Shown piece by piece: positions 1-13,700 of a stretch of 64,000 nucleotides of DNA. Position numbers and translations under genes: made by a program. Under the pieces are notes generated by a model that was given only the letters and a program-made list of their open reading frames with translations, had not been told where the DNA came from and did not search any database. The stretch is from contig CM052817.1 of the NCBI GenBank assembly GCA_028534125.1, forward strand, positions 23,314,001 through 23,378,000, in the 5' to 3' direction. Numbering within the stretch: position 1 is the first letter of the stretch; each line of letters opens with the position of its first letter. The stretch is from Lama glama. Lineage: Eukaryota.

Positions 1-757
1 TTCTCTATTGTCAAAAAGAATCAGGAGAGAGAGAGGAAGGTGAGACTTTACTCTAGGGAATAATGATATTTACAGTAAGATAGAGGAGAAGAATGGCCAC
101 CAAATTTCAGTAATTCTGCACAAGGAAATGCCTCTTTCCTGGTTTCTGTAACCTGACCCACTAACATAAGTTTGGAAATGAAAGCTCACAATGGCTAGAC
201 CAGTTATATGATTCCTTAGCATATTCTAGATAGATTCTTTTAGGTTTCTCAGCAACCATTATATCAACCATTGCCTTTGGAACACCAGCCAAAATTAAAA
301 CTGAAGTAGTCTTAAAAAAAAAAACAATTATTTTAGGGAAAATAGATAAAAATTGGAAAGCTATTGTGCAAATGCTTTGACATTCAGATCTTCTTCATAT
401 TGTGGATTTAAAGTCAGAGAAAACAAAAAGGGAGAGAGTCAGGAGTATATGTATATGTATCTTTCTTTCAATATAAATATAAAATTCTTTATGGTTTTGT
501 TAGGTCTCTAGCTGCAGGACTGAAAGCTTAATTGCTTAGTTCATTTTGTCATACGTTTATGATCTTGCTGAAACTAGAAATCGTAAATCTATGATGGCCC
601 TAATTATGCAAATACATCTTTTTTTTTTTTTGCTACCAGGAAGAAAGAAAAATGAAGATTAGATTATTTGACATAAATTTTGCGCATGGTAGTGATGGTG
701 GTGTTAAGGAGCACAGCAGAAAAGATAATGGAATTTTGACAGGATTTTTTTTTTTTT

Positions 758-1249
758 TAGTTATAAGGAAGTTAGGTTTAGAGAAACAAACAATAGGATA
801 AAGATCATACATAAGAGGAGATTTATTATAGGTATTGACTCACTAGTTATGGAAGCTGGTGAGTCCTGTAATCTACCGTATGCTGGAAAAACAGGAAAGC
901 CAACAGTGTAATTAAGTATAGGTCCAAAGACCTAAAAATGGGGAGGGGAGGATGAGGGTCAGTCATGTAACTGCCTTAAGTCCAACAGCCCAAGAACCAG
1001 GGGCACCACTGTCCAAAAGTAGGGGAAGAGGAATGTCCCAAGCTGAGAGAGTGAATTTGCCCTTTCTCCACCCTTTTTTTTTTTTTCTATTCAGGCCCTT
1101 GACAAATTGGATGATGATCTTCTTTATTCACTTTACGGATTCAAATTCTCTCCTGAAGACTTCCTCATACACTACCCAGAAATATGTTTTACCAGCTATT
1201 TGGGCATCCTTTAGCCTAGTCAAGTTAACACATAAAATTAACCATCATA
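758..1249 (-). mobile_element. MLT2-like (ERVL) solo LTR
   Basis: The right end, gcctagtcaagttaacacataaaattaaccatcata, is the reverse complement of the MLT2 start TGTGATGGTTAATTTTATGTGTCAACTTGACTAGGC. Internal motifs (gagatttatt, cccagaaatatgttttaccagctat) also fit. Left boundary approximate. Confidence 0.75.
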
Positions 1250-3749
1250 GGTAAGATAAAAAAAAAAAAACTGAAGGCAAAAGGAACTATTAGTTCGGGA
1301 GAATAACGAGGACTAAGGAACTTATGATTACACCTTTCTTTTATGTAATTGCCAACTCCTCTATATTAATGAAGGAATGAAGTTTGTTTTTTTTTAAAGA
1401 AAGTACAGTTTGATATGTAAAGTTGATTCTATTAATTTTCTTCAAAATTTTAGACCACATGAAATTTGCTATTTTAAGAATATAAAGAGAGCTCAAAAAA
1501 ATCTCGTGTTTAATAAAGAATGAATAATACTTCCTTTTCATGACTAGCAAAGATAAGGGTGGTAAAAGCAATTGTTAAGAGATCTCGATCATTGGGGAAA
1601 AGTGGTCTCTGTAAATGTTTTCTACTCCTGCATTTATTAAGACAGTTATATGTTTTTCCTTTTTAAATCTTAATGTGTTTGGTTATGTTAATAGCTGGAC
1701 TGCTAATAATGGTCTTGCATTTTTGAGATGCATCCAATACTGACATTATACATACATGCATTATTTGGATTCATTTTTTCCTAATATTTTATTTAGGTCA
1801 TTACATAGTTACAAGTTAATTTGCCTAAAATTTTCAGTTCTGTTATTGTTCTTATCTAGTATTATTTTTAAGGTTATAGCTGCATGATGTAATGAATAAT
1901 GTAGTAATCCTTCATTTTATCTTCTCTAGAACACCATATATTTTGTAAATTTTTTCATTTATCTCATCCTTGATTTTTTAAGTATTTATTTCAGTATGAG
2001 GTTATAGGACATTTTTTTCTTTTCATACAATAAAAAATGCATAGCAGATTTATTGTCATGTGTATATATGTATGTATGATATATGTATAAAGGAAACTGT
2101 CAGAAACCATTCAAGGAGTCGTGTTATTTAAAATAGACTTAAACAAATGAGAGAGTTTCAAATTGCACAGAAGAGAATAAAAATTTACCCTTGTCTCCCA
2201 ATCTTGATAAAATTCTCTTCCAGAATAATGGATTTATATTTGAAGAAATAGAAAGTATAGAATAAATGTGAAAAAATACAGAAAAATATCTACTTTTTTG
2301 ACTTGCTTAGCAACATAAATAATTTCCCCTTTCTTTGTGTCTGTAGCTGCAGTCTAAGCCAGAAAATTTGTCTATTCCAATGAATATTTTTCTCAAGTAT
2401 GTTTTTCACAAAAGTATATGGAGTTAGTTTTGTGTGAAGTAAGTAACAATGAAGACTAAGTCTCTTTACCTGAAAAAAAGCCATTGTATATTCCCTGCTA
2501 AGGAAACAATCTCAACTCACTTTTTAGCTTTTGTTATTCTATCTTGTCACATTTCTTTATTTTTTTTGAGGCCAATCTGTCTTGAAAAAATTCAGTGTAT
2601 TCTTTATACATATACAGTTTTATTTACCAGCATAATTTGGGTTTAAGGGTGTTAATTTAAAGGACCAAAGTAAATTGAAAATCTGACTCCCTTGCCATTT
2701 CTTTTCTCCAAAAACCCTGTCGAGAGGGAGAGGTATTCTATTTTCAGCACTTACTCCTGAACTAACTTTGGCAGTCTCTGTTCCCACGTGCAAAACACAA
2801 TTACAGTTCTTCGAAACTACACTAACACCAATCTTGCTAATTTCATTAGTATTATTTTTATGCTTTTGCTTAAATTGGTAATGCAGAATTCATTAAAATA
2901 TCATCTCCCTTGGGAAACAGCAGAAGCATGATTTTCTTGTGGCTGTATTTATAATCACAAGGGGTCATTTTAAGGGGAGACCCAATAAAAAAAATTCTAG
3001 TAGATAAGGATAACATAGTTTTCCATGCTTAATTGGTAATCATCTGAAAATGTAATTTTTCCCATAGTTCTCTGAGTCACTTTTTATTGCTATATTTCAT
3101 TTGATAGATTATTTTGGACTGCAAATAAAATCATTTATTTTTGAGTAAAAGGAAATGGAATATGCCATTGACTTTTTTTTAATTGTATTTTAGCGTAGAG
3201 GAAATAAACAGTCTTTCCTCATAAATAAATGTGTCCACTGCTCTTTGTTTATGATTTTGAGAGTACGCACAAATCAAGAACACATAGAATTTAAGCTATT
3301 TTTATTAATATAACATCACTATTCGTTAAATAATTTTATTGGGTCACAACATGTAAGAAATAATCCATGACATACAAGAGACGCTAAATTCATTTCTCCT
3401 TTTATTTCCAATTCTAAAAAGAACTGTGAGTTCAGTAAAATGTCCTTGTTGAGCCTTTCAATTTTACACTAGCTTCTTTTTTTTTCCGCTTAAGTCATGA
3501 ATTTGCTGATTTTGTAAGCTTTTTAACTACACAAAGGTATCAGTTGCTAACTAGGCTTGGAGTACAATTAGCATCATATTTTATTGTCTTAAATTTAGCT
3601 TGGTCTTCTCCATAATAACACTTGCTGGTGATCCTGATTCAGTCAGTTTCCACATCTGTCTTTTCGTCTCTCTAAAAAGAAAACTGTTTCCAAAAAAATG
3701 CAGGAAATGTGCTGGCCATGTGTCTTTGCAAGTTTCAGAAACCTGTTTG

Positions 3750-3960
3750 AAAGCATGTGGCTAGGTAGTGCCTCCACTTCTTCCTTTGCTAGTCTGGGGG
3801 ATGTTCATCGAGACTCCCAGCTGCTGTGTCTTCTGGTGGGCGTCATCCCTTGCATCCTCACAGCCATTGATGGGAACTCCCACTGCACACGTTCTCTGTT
3901 CTGCATATGCTTCTGCCACTTCAGTCTCCTGGAATCCAGTGTCACTCGGGTCAGGGCCAC
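3750..3960 (-). mobile_element. Possible degraded HAL1/L1M-related fragment
   Basis: The reverse strand (ggattccaggagac...gggagttccca...ccagactagcaaaggaagaagtggagg) weakly resembles recalled HAL1 consensus. Confidence 0.3.
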
Positions 3961-4119
3961 TACCTCATTTCCTCAATCTTTTAAACTTTGGAGTGTAAAT
4001 CTTCCTTCTGTTCTCTACTCAGACAAATTCAACATAATGTTTTCTTGGTCTTTTAAAGTATTCAGCAGTATGTGGGGTTTGCATTTTGAATATTGCAGCT
4101 CTCCTCTTTTATTCTGATT

Positions 4120-4125
4120 CACACA

Positions 4126-4162
<37 letters not shown>
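4120..4162. repeat. (CA)n microsatellite
   Basis: Directly visible CA run with one interruption. Confidence 0.97.
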
Positions 4163-4164
<2 letters not shown>

Positions 4165-5168
4165 AATACATAACAGAGGGAAGCAATGTGTTGTAATGGC
4201 ACAGGTGAGAATTACTGATTTGAAGGTACATTTCACACTCAAATTTGCAAGGTAGGTCCTGCACAATGTGGTTCCTCTTTGCACCCTTCCCCTTATTTTT
4301 CATCATTCCTATTCTGCAGTCATCCTCGTAACGTACTCTATCCATCCAATCTGGGAAACTTTGTGTATAACATCTCCTCCCCTCTTCTCCTTTTGCTTGT
4401 CCCAGTTCTACCTGCTTTTAATCATCCTTTATGGCATATATTTATCCTGATCTATCTCTAAAATAATCTGGTCATGCTTATGAAATCAAGTAGGACTCAC
4501 TATTCTGACAACACATTTTGTTGATTAATTTTATATGTGATCACAAATTCTAAATATACCATATACACATAAGTATGTGTTTATGTGTATTATATAGATA
4601 TTATATACATAATATATAGTATGGGTATTTTTTATATATATATAATATTTGCACTAAACATATGCATATGGGAGCATACACACATATAGCATATGCACTT
4701 CTTCTGAACTCCATATGTAATATATATCAACTGAGGTTATCTTGTCCTTTAAGACACATAAAATTACCTCATTCCTCATGTAGAGAAATGTTCTAATATA
4801 TCAGTTCACAAGAACGTACGATCTTGTGATTTTTAAACCACTTCCTATTGATTCCAGTATTCACACATGCATCACCTCCTGTGTCCACCACCTGCTGCTG
4901 ATCTCTTCCCGCTGTGCCCTACACACCCAGACACAAGCAGTTGCTGCTCTCCATTTTGGAGAGAGAAAGAATTAAATAAAATATTTTAATTGATGAGCCT
5001 GTGTGTTCTAAGCTTCAGTAAGTTTGGAAGAATATGAAGGACAGTACTTAATGCAAAATAACTGAAATTTTAGTTTTCATTCAACCCTGTTCTTTGATAT
5101 TCTTCAGCCACCCTAGTATCAGGAAATTTTTATTAACCCTCTCTTTCTATAGTGTCCAGCCTCCTAAC

Positions 5169-5566
5169 TGTGAACTGAATTGTGTGTCTCCTCCCAAACC
5201 CTGTCAAATTTATATATTGAAGCTGTAACCCCCCAATGCAGTTGTATTTGGAAATCAGCCTTTTGGGAAGCAATCAAGATGAAAAAAGGTCATGAGGTTG
5301 AGATCCTAATCCAGTGGGATTGGTGGCCCTAGAGAAAGAAGAGAGTGAGCTCTCTCTCTGCTTGCAGGCAGTAAGGAATGGCCATGTGAGGACACAGTGA
5401 GAAGGGGTCATCTGCAAGCCAGGAAGAGAGCTCTCACCAGGAACTAAATTGGCCAGCACTTTGATCTTGGACTTCTTAGCCTCCAGAACTGTTAGAAGTA
5501 AGTTTTGGTTGTTTAAGCCATGCAGTCCGTGGCATTTGGTTACGATAGCTTGAGTACACTAAGACA
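5169..5566 (+). mobile_element. MLT1A/B-like MaLR solo LTR
   Basis: TG...CA ends. Hallmark motifs gccatgtgaggacacagtgagaag, ttgatcttggacttcttagcctccagaactg and gttgtttaagcca. Confidence 0.85.
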
Positions 5567-6436
5567 ACACCTATTTTGAAGGCCCTAAAATTCTATAGTC
5601 ATAAAACTTTCTGTGTTATTTTTTCTTTCTCATTTATTTCAAGTTTATTGTATTTTTATAGAGGTTGAAGCATTCCAAAACCCCTTTGTCAAACTTAGAT
5701 AAACCTCAGAAAAATTCCCAACAGTCACCATTAGCCTTATTTTAAAACAAAATACATATTATACCAATGAGATTTATAAATGTTATTTCTTAAACAAAGA
5801 TTATTTTCTCCTTAATAGACCTCATAGCAGATGGTAGAAAAAAATCTTTGCACCTTGCTTCGGTTAAATTCAATCTATGTGATGAGATCTGGCTTGTTTT
5901 TTTGATTTGTGATGTTCATTATTAGAATAGTATGATGCCCTGAGCATCCAGAGAATGGATGAGATTGATGATAGTGGTAGTAACCCCAAAGCTGGCTTGT
6001 GTACAACCTGCAGCCCCAAAGTTACAAATTTAAATGGACAAAACTGATTGATACATTTAGTTAATTGTCTCATTGTTTATATTAGCTACATTTATATGTA
6101 ATTTTACTATATCCATGTATTTAAATTTGCCATCAAATAAAGGTCTTTGCTAGCAAAAACCAGTTAAAGCAGAGTATTTCCAGCCAACGTGACATTTTAA
6201 ATTATTAGGAAGTCTTAACTGGAAATTTCTTTCTCTTCTTGTTCCTCCTCTTTTTCTTCCTCTTCCTCTTCTTTTTCATATGCAGTTCTATTTGTTGGCC
6301 AAGAAGAAAACTATATTCATTTCCCTTATGTTACCAGTCCTGATGATTTTGGAAATATTTAGTTTTCGATTGATTGCCTGATTGAATTTTGATATATTAT
6401 TTTCTTTTTTTTTTATTATGGTCTATCCCACATGAA

Positions 6437-6590
6437 GTTTTTTTTTTAAACACCTTTACTGTGATATGATTCCTGTACAGTAAACTACACATATTCAAAT
6501 GTACAATTTGATGAATTTTGATAGATGTACACACCAATGGAAACACCACCACAATCAGGATAGCTAACATTTCTATATCTCCCATAGAGG
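6437..6590 (-). mobile_element. Old L1 (L1MB/MC-like) 3' end fragment
   Basis: A poly-T tract followed by tgtacaatttgatgaattttgatagatgtacacacc...accaccacaatcaggata, typical of an old L1 3'UTR in antisense. Confidence 0.65.
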
Positions 6591-6880
6591 TGCAAATTTC
6601 AAATTCCCAAATTATCCATTCCTACTCCCTTTACCCTCTGGTAACCATATATTTGTTCTCTATGTCTGTGAGTCTGTTTCTGTTTTGTAGGTAAGTTCAT
6701 TTGTGACTTTTTTCTTTTCCCCCTATATATAAAGAATATCATATGATATTTTTCTTTCTCTTTCTGGCTTACTTCATTTAGAATAACATTCTCCAGGTCC
6801 ATCCATGTCACTGCAAATGACATTATTTTATTCTTTTTTTGTAGCTGAGTTATAGATAGGTAGGTAGGTAGGTAGGTAGG

Positions 6881-6913
<33 letters not shown>

Positions 6914-7720
6914 TGATAGATTTCTCATCTTCTTTATTCAGTCATCTGTCAATGGACATTTGGGTTGTTTTGATGTCTTGGCTATTGTAAATAGTGCTGC
7001 TGTGAACATTGGGGTACGTGTGTCTTTTTGAATTATATTTTCCTCCAGATATATGCCCAGGAGTGGAGTTGCTGGATCTTATTGTAAGTCTATGTTTAGC
7101 TTTTTGAGGAATCTCCATACTGTCCTCCATAGTGGCCGCAGCAGTTTACATTCCCACCAACAGTGTAGGAGGGTTCCTTTTTCTCCACACCCTCTCTAAC
7201 ATTTATTGTTTGTGGACATTTTAATGATGGCCATTCTGACTGGTGTGAGGTGATATCTCATTGTAGTTTTGATTTGCATTTCTCTAACAATTAATGGTGC
7301 TCAGCATCTTTTCATGTGCTTGTTGGCCATTTGGATCTCTTCTATAGAGAGATGTCCATTTAGGTCTTTGGCCCTTTTTTAATTGGGTTGCTTGTTTTTT
7401 GAGATTAAGCTGTATGAACTGTTAGTATACTTTGGAAATTAGTCCTTTGTCAGTCACATCCTTTGCAAGTACTTTCTCTCATTCTGTGGGTTGTCTTTTT
7501 GCATTATTGATGATATCCTTAGTTGTGCAAAAGCTTTCAAGTCTAATTAGATACCATTTGTTGATTTTTGCTTTTATTTCCATTACTCTAGAAGCTGGTT
7601 TGAAAAAAACATTCCTGTGTTTTATGTCAAGAGTGCACTGCCTATGTTTTCCTCTATGAGTTTTATAGTATCCGGTGTTACTTTTAGGTCTTTAATCCAT
7701 CTTGAGTTTATTTTTTGTAA
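6591..7720 (-). mobile_element. L1 fragment: ORF2 C-terminal region plus 3'UTR
   Basis: The minus-strand translation includes IMSFAVTWMDLENVILNEVSQKEKEKYHMI (ORF2p end). The antisense ttcccaccaacagtgtaggagggttcc belongs to the cysteine-rich domain region. Confidence 0.92.
6853..6920. repeat. Compound (TAGG)n(TAGA)n microsatellite inside L1
   Basis: Directly visible. Confidence 0.95.
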
Positions 7721-8241
7721 TAGACGATCTAGACTAAGACAAATTTTATTTACAAACAAATCCTGGAAGAAAGATAAGTTACACGTGTCATCCTAAATAC
7801 ACCTGATACTATTGTTTAGTGATACCACTGTTGCTTTGAGATACTGCATTTCTCGGTAAAACAACAATTTTTATTTCAGTATAAGCAGTTCAGCTCCATT
7901 CATTCTGATGGATTGATATTGCCTTTTTGTTTCATGATAAAATTATTAAAGATATCCTTATTACTAGTAGAAGATTATAGAATATAAAAAATTTAAGCTC
8001 TTTTCTTTTTTTAAAAAATATTAGTGGAGTAGCAGTCATTTCACTTTTTGCTTGGACTGAAAACAAATTAACATCACCAATAGCTTTTGATTTTTTTTTT
8101 AATAGTTCTCTAAGAATCTCTGTTATTGAATCTCAGTTAACTAAAGTCAATTGTGGGTCAGAAATAACAACATATATTTCAAGTGGTAATATAATAAAGT
8201 TACCGGACCAACCTGTGTCTCAATAAACACACTAGATTTTT

Positions 8242-8757
8242 CTTGTGGGTAAGTAACGTTTCATTGTGTATATATAAATATATCTTCTTTATCCATTTAC
8301 TTGCTGTTTGCAACAACATGGATGAACTTTGAGCATATTATGCTAAGTGAGACCAGTCAGACAGAAAAAGATAAGCCCTGTATGGTATCACTCATTTGTG
8401 GAATTAAAAAAATTCACACTTTTAAAAACAGAGACTAAAGTGGTGGCTACTGGGCAAGGGGCAGGGGAAGACATTGGGAGATGGGACAAATGTTGTTTAA
8501 AGGTACAACTTGTCATGAGTAGTAAATAAACCCTAGAGATTTAATGCACAGTGTAGTGAATAGAGACTACAGTATTGTACTATAATCATCAAACTTGCTG
8601 AGACTAGAATTTAATTATTTCAATCAATGATAATTTTATAACACGATAAAAGTGCTAATTATCACTACAGTGACAAACATGACAATATATAAATGTATCT
8701 AATCAATATGTTATAAACCTTGAATTTACAGTGTTATATGTCAAATATATTTCAATT
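8242..8757 (+). mobile_element. 5'-truncated L1 3' end with a short 5' inversion (twin priming)
   Basis: 8242-8300 is antisense L1. From 8301 it is sense L1 (ttgctgtttgcaacaacatggatgaac...tgtcaaatatatttcaattaaa). Degenerate TSD: aaacacactagattttt (8225-8241) / aaaaatactaaattttt (8758-8774). Confidence 0.8.
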
Positions 8758-10519
8758 AAAAATACTAAATTTTTACTATCTCTAATATTTGAGAGTTAAA
8801 AAAATAATGACCATAAAGGAAATGTAAAGACTTCAAATTTAGGTGGCTATGTGTTTAACGTCTGTATAGTCTTTATAATTCTGGCAACTTGGGTAAGATG
8901 ATTAACCTGTCTACATTAACCTGTCTGAATTTATACAATGATAACTGTACTTACTTCAAAGAATTACTCTGATAATTAAATTAAAATTTCACAGATTTGG
9001 ATGTTTCTTTCCAATTATTTCTTTTAGAAATTCAAGACAATACCCATTATAGTAACCATTGTTATTATTACCTTTAATAATCATTACTACAAATACAAAT
9101 AAAAATTCTAATTAAAATACTAAATACAGGAAGTATAGTTCCCAATATTTCTTTTATGTTCAACTTCTGTTGGTTCTTGGTGAATTAAAAGACGAAGTTG
9201 ACAGTCCTTTTGCCTAGAATGTAAATGTTTCACTATCTGCCCATATTTCACTTTTGAGACCAGCAAGTCTTTCACAGTCTTACCCTGCTTCCAGTCACTT
9301 TACATTCTCAAACAATAAATGTCTCAAAATTCCCTGGACTATCTCAGGCATGCAGTTCCCTTTTGTCAGTAATTCCCTTCCCAAAACGCTATTTAATCTC
9401 TTAAGTACGTTCTTGATACCAACCTTTCCACTACTCCCAGTTTTTTTTAATTATTTTTTGCCAACTCACAAGTATTGTATTGATACCTCTATAACAGTAA
9501 TGCCATGATGAATTATGAGCTCTCTACTTACATATCTGCATCTAGATCATGAGTTTCTTGAGTTTCTTTCTAATTTACTAATTATCTTTATCTCCAATAA
9601 CTAGCAACAGGTTAAATTAATAATATGCATTCAAATGTCACTCTCTTGACTTTAATGAAATGATAATATATAATAAAATAATAATCCTTCAGCTTATCAC
9701 TGAAATTAAGAATATGCTGTTGATGAAACTCCAGTGAGTACTTTAGTCAGATTAGGTAGTACATTGAGTCCTGGAGATTGTTGGTGGTGAAATAGATTAT
9801 GTAATAACTTTTAAAGATACTTACAGGGACCTGCCCTGATCAACAGTTAGTCTAAGAAATATAACCAACTCTTCCTTTACAACAAAGCAGTAAAATAACT
9901 TTGAAGAGTACATTTCAGTTTTAGAGGGTTTCAAGATATTTTCATAGTAATATCATCTAGTCAATATGTATTTAAAAGGGTCCAGAACAAATTGATCTTA
10001 TAAAAATAGAAAAATCTTGGCCTTCTCAAAATTTTATAGTAAAAGAGTTTTCATATACACTGCTATTTCATAAAGAGGGAGCCAGTCACTATGAACAACA
10101 CCTATATTTTCTAATGTCAAGGAAATATACATTTTACAATGAATTTTGTTTTCTACCACTTGATTTGAAAAGAAAACTTACAACTTGTATTTCAAAAGAA
10201 AAATGTATAACTTAGGGAATAACCTTAAGTAGAATTTTATAAAATTGCTATGTCCTTTAGACCAAACAGAAATGTCTAGATGATTAGAGCCTACTCTGTG
10301 GTTGCATTTCACGACACCTTCAAAAAAGCACTAATCCAACCTTGTGGAAACTATCTTGATTTTGTTTCAATTATGCTTTTATTAAAAATGAGTACAAAAT
10401 GCATGATCTTGATGCATCAGTTCATAACTATTTGAGAAACAGCATGTGGCAGACATCTCTACATGTGGTACAAATGATTTAAAGAAGAAGTTATAGTACC
10501 TAAGTTATGGAATACACAA

Positions 10520-10716
10520 TGTAATGCGTGCTGAATATTTTCCAGTGGCTCTTTCAGATCCATTCTCCACCCTTCTCCCATCCTGCCACGTGCCCCAAGA
10601 GGCTGACCTCGGTGGCTTTAACACTGGCTTTCCTGGCCTTCTGACAGCTGTTGGATTTGGCCAGTGAGAAACAGCATAATGAGCTCATGATGTTTCTTTC
10701 CCCAGCTCCATCACTG
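10520..10716 (-). mobile_element. LTR33-like (ERVL) LTR fragment
   Basis: cagatccattctccacccttctc...gccccaagaggctgacc...ggatttggccagtgag resembles recalled LTR33 consensus. Confidence 0.5.
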
Positions 10717-13700
10717 AAGTTTTTTTTCTTAACAGATTGACTTGAGTGACAATTTGCTCATGACTGTCCTGCATGCCAATTGTTTGCCTTTTTTTTTTTT
10801 ACATTTGCTAACTCAGAAGTGTCAAAAGTAATTATTTTCTTATATACATACATGATATATATGAACAAAATATATAAACTCATAAAGGCTTTCTTAACTC
10901 CTTTACTAAGATATATTTTTATAATCAAATGATATGTCTTCATCTCAAGGTTGGGATATACAAATGTGTATATATGAGAATATGATTTTGTATTTTTACA
11001 TATTGTAGCAAAGGCATTTACAGTAAATTAGCACTAAGGCTAGCATGATATATCAAGGATATAAAAAAAGTTTATTCTTTGCACATCCCACTTAACAGGT
11101 AAGCATCAGCTTATTAAAACTTTCTATAAATACATTTTAGACAAAATGAGTATAACCAAATTTTCCCTTCAAATTAATAATTAAACAAATTTTATATTAT
11201 TGTATTATTCTTTAGAACAGTGCCATTAAGCTGATCTCTCTCTGTTTTTTAACACTACATGTGTTAAAATACTGACTCAATTTGATTAGTCCAAATGTCA
11301 CTATTTATAATAAATTTTTAAAATTTCATTTACATTATCAAATTTAGTTATTAAAAACCTTCCTACATATACATTGTTATTCCTACATAGACATTCCTAC
11401 ATACATTGTTACTGATATTTGTGATGATCATTGCCTCTTTTTTTTTAAACTTTTCTCAATTTAGTTCATTTTGAACTCTATAAAATCACATTTTTAGCAT
11501 ACATTTCATCATATAATACCCATAATCATACAACTCTAATGGCTTCCTATTTTCCATCAATTCTATGTCCCATTCATCTTTCAGATATTCACAGCCCTCA
11601 GGTATCTGGCTGGTCTCCAACTTTAGTCATCCCATTTCCTGTCATTTTTTACCCCGTCTCTCTCTTATGAGAACAATATAGTGATCATTATCCCCATTCA
11701 CGTGCCTATTTTTCCCCACTTCCAAAATTAAATCTTAATTCCCTTCCAAATTTCAAGTCCCACCTCATATGCTATGAATTTCGGAGGCTGCTTCAATTTA
11801 GCAATTAAGCAGTCGATATTTCCACATATTTTCAGAGAGTTTGAAACAATTTATTAGGGTAATAATAATATACTTTATATTTATATAGGATAAATGTAAC
11901 AAAACTAAAAGAAATGTCAAAATCCCCATAAGAAAAAGGAGAAAGCATTTTGTCAGTACCTAGTGTAGAGGTTATCACAATAAGCATCCATGTAAGTGTA
12001 ATTACATAGTGATATTTAACATCTATAATATACCATGTGAGATGATTTAGATTTTCACTGCTTTGTAAGCACATAGAGGGTGGGGAATGATAGCTCTTTC
12101 TGTATGTCTTATACTTATGCAGAATCTATAAATACATGCTCAGTGAATATCACTTGACTGACTGATAGGGTCATTAAATCTGCTTCACGGTGTGTGGCTA
12201 CAGCGTTTATTACTGCTAATTCATAGATCTGTTGATCCTTTGACCCTTAATTTTTGCCTTTCATTGCAATGTATCAGCTGTGTTTTCAGCTTGCCAGCTC
12301 AGGATGATCTCCCAATTGCTGGATCTGCTCGATGTAATTTTAAGTTGTGAATCAATAGTTTGCTGCTGTACCCGAGACCAAAAGCTGTATCTCACATGAT
12401 CCAAACACACATATATATACAAGGGCCAGGAACCAATGGAAATTTGAAAACAGAGTAAGATAAAAGACTAAAGGAGGAAATTTCCCTTGTATTTCATTGG
12501 GTGGGAAGCTATTTTCAACAAACCAGAATGCATTCCCCACAACAGGCACCTCTATCTTCATCCATTTTTAGGCGAGTGAATACAGCAAAGCAATCTGTGC
12601 CAAAGTGTCATAAAATTCACATTCTGAATGTTAAAATTTAGAGTTATATTGTGATTTTAATTCCACGTATGGCTCCTAAACTGTCCTTGTCTGTCACGGA
12701 AATGGCTTCACGTCCCCAGATGATGTAAAACCCAGAAGCTCGAGCAGATTGGCAAGCCTCTTCCAGTTTTGAATCCCAAGGTTTTTATTTGCCTGCTACA
12801 TTATTATTTTCTTGGTCATAACTGCAGCAAATGCTCAAGTAAAGATAGTTTGAAAATTCATAAAAAAAGAAATCAAATCTAATAACAGTATCTTTAAATA
12901 AAAAGTCTGGATTATCTTTCACTTTAAGTGAACAAAAGATAATGAAAGTAAATATTTTATATTAACAATTACTAATAAAAAAGATTGGTTCCAAACAGTT
13001 TCCAGGAAATTTAAATTTGAAAGATTAAAATAAAGTTTCAGAGGAAGGTGTAATTATTTTTTATGTTATAAGACCTTAATAGGAATATATTTATGTTCGC
13101 AGAAACTACTGTCATAAAAATAACACTGTCATCTTTTAATTAAGAAATAACAAAGCAAACAAAATACCAGTAAATAAAGAATATAGACAGCATCCCAAAG
13201 ACAGTTACTAGATTTAAATACTGATCACTTAGCATAGTTTCCTACAAAAATAGCGAACCCATGCTCTGTAAAAAAAATACAAGTGTAAAAGGGAATGCCA
13301 CTGGAAATTTATGATCGCTCCTTAGCAACTATAAACCCAGGAGTATCACTCATGATTTCAGAACATCGGCTGTTACTCTTCTCTTTCCTGAATTCCCTAG
13401 CCTACTCTGAAGGTCCGATGTTCATGAGTGCATTTTATTTTCAGAAAGCGTATTTTTTACAGTCATTGTTACTGATCATCGCATCATACTTCAGTCCAGT
13501 TTATACCCCATGAGGTTATTTGTATCTGATTTTTGTGTTCTCTAGTGTCTGATGGCCTTTTTGTTTTTATTGTAAAATTTTAAGTCCTAGTTGTGACTTC
13601 TCGTACTCTAATTTCAAGGGGAAAAAAAAAATCACAGCAGCTTCTTGTTTGCAGGTTCGTTTTGATCACCCATCGGTTCAGTTCCACTTTTCTTGTTGCT

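Noticed and set aside
3698..4117. 139-aa plus-strand ORF
   Set aside because: No recognisable domain, and it is probably the antisense reading of a decayed repeat.
4806..4829. 24-bp near-perfect palindrome tcacaagaacgtacgatcttgtga
   Set aside because: A single such palindrome in 64 kb of AT-rich DNA is plausible by chance, and there is no supporting context.
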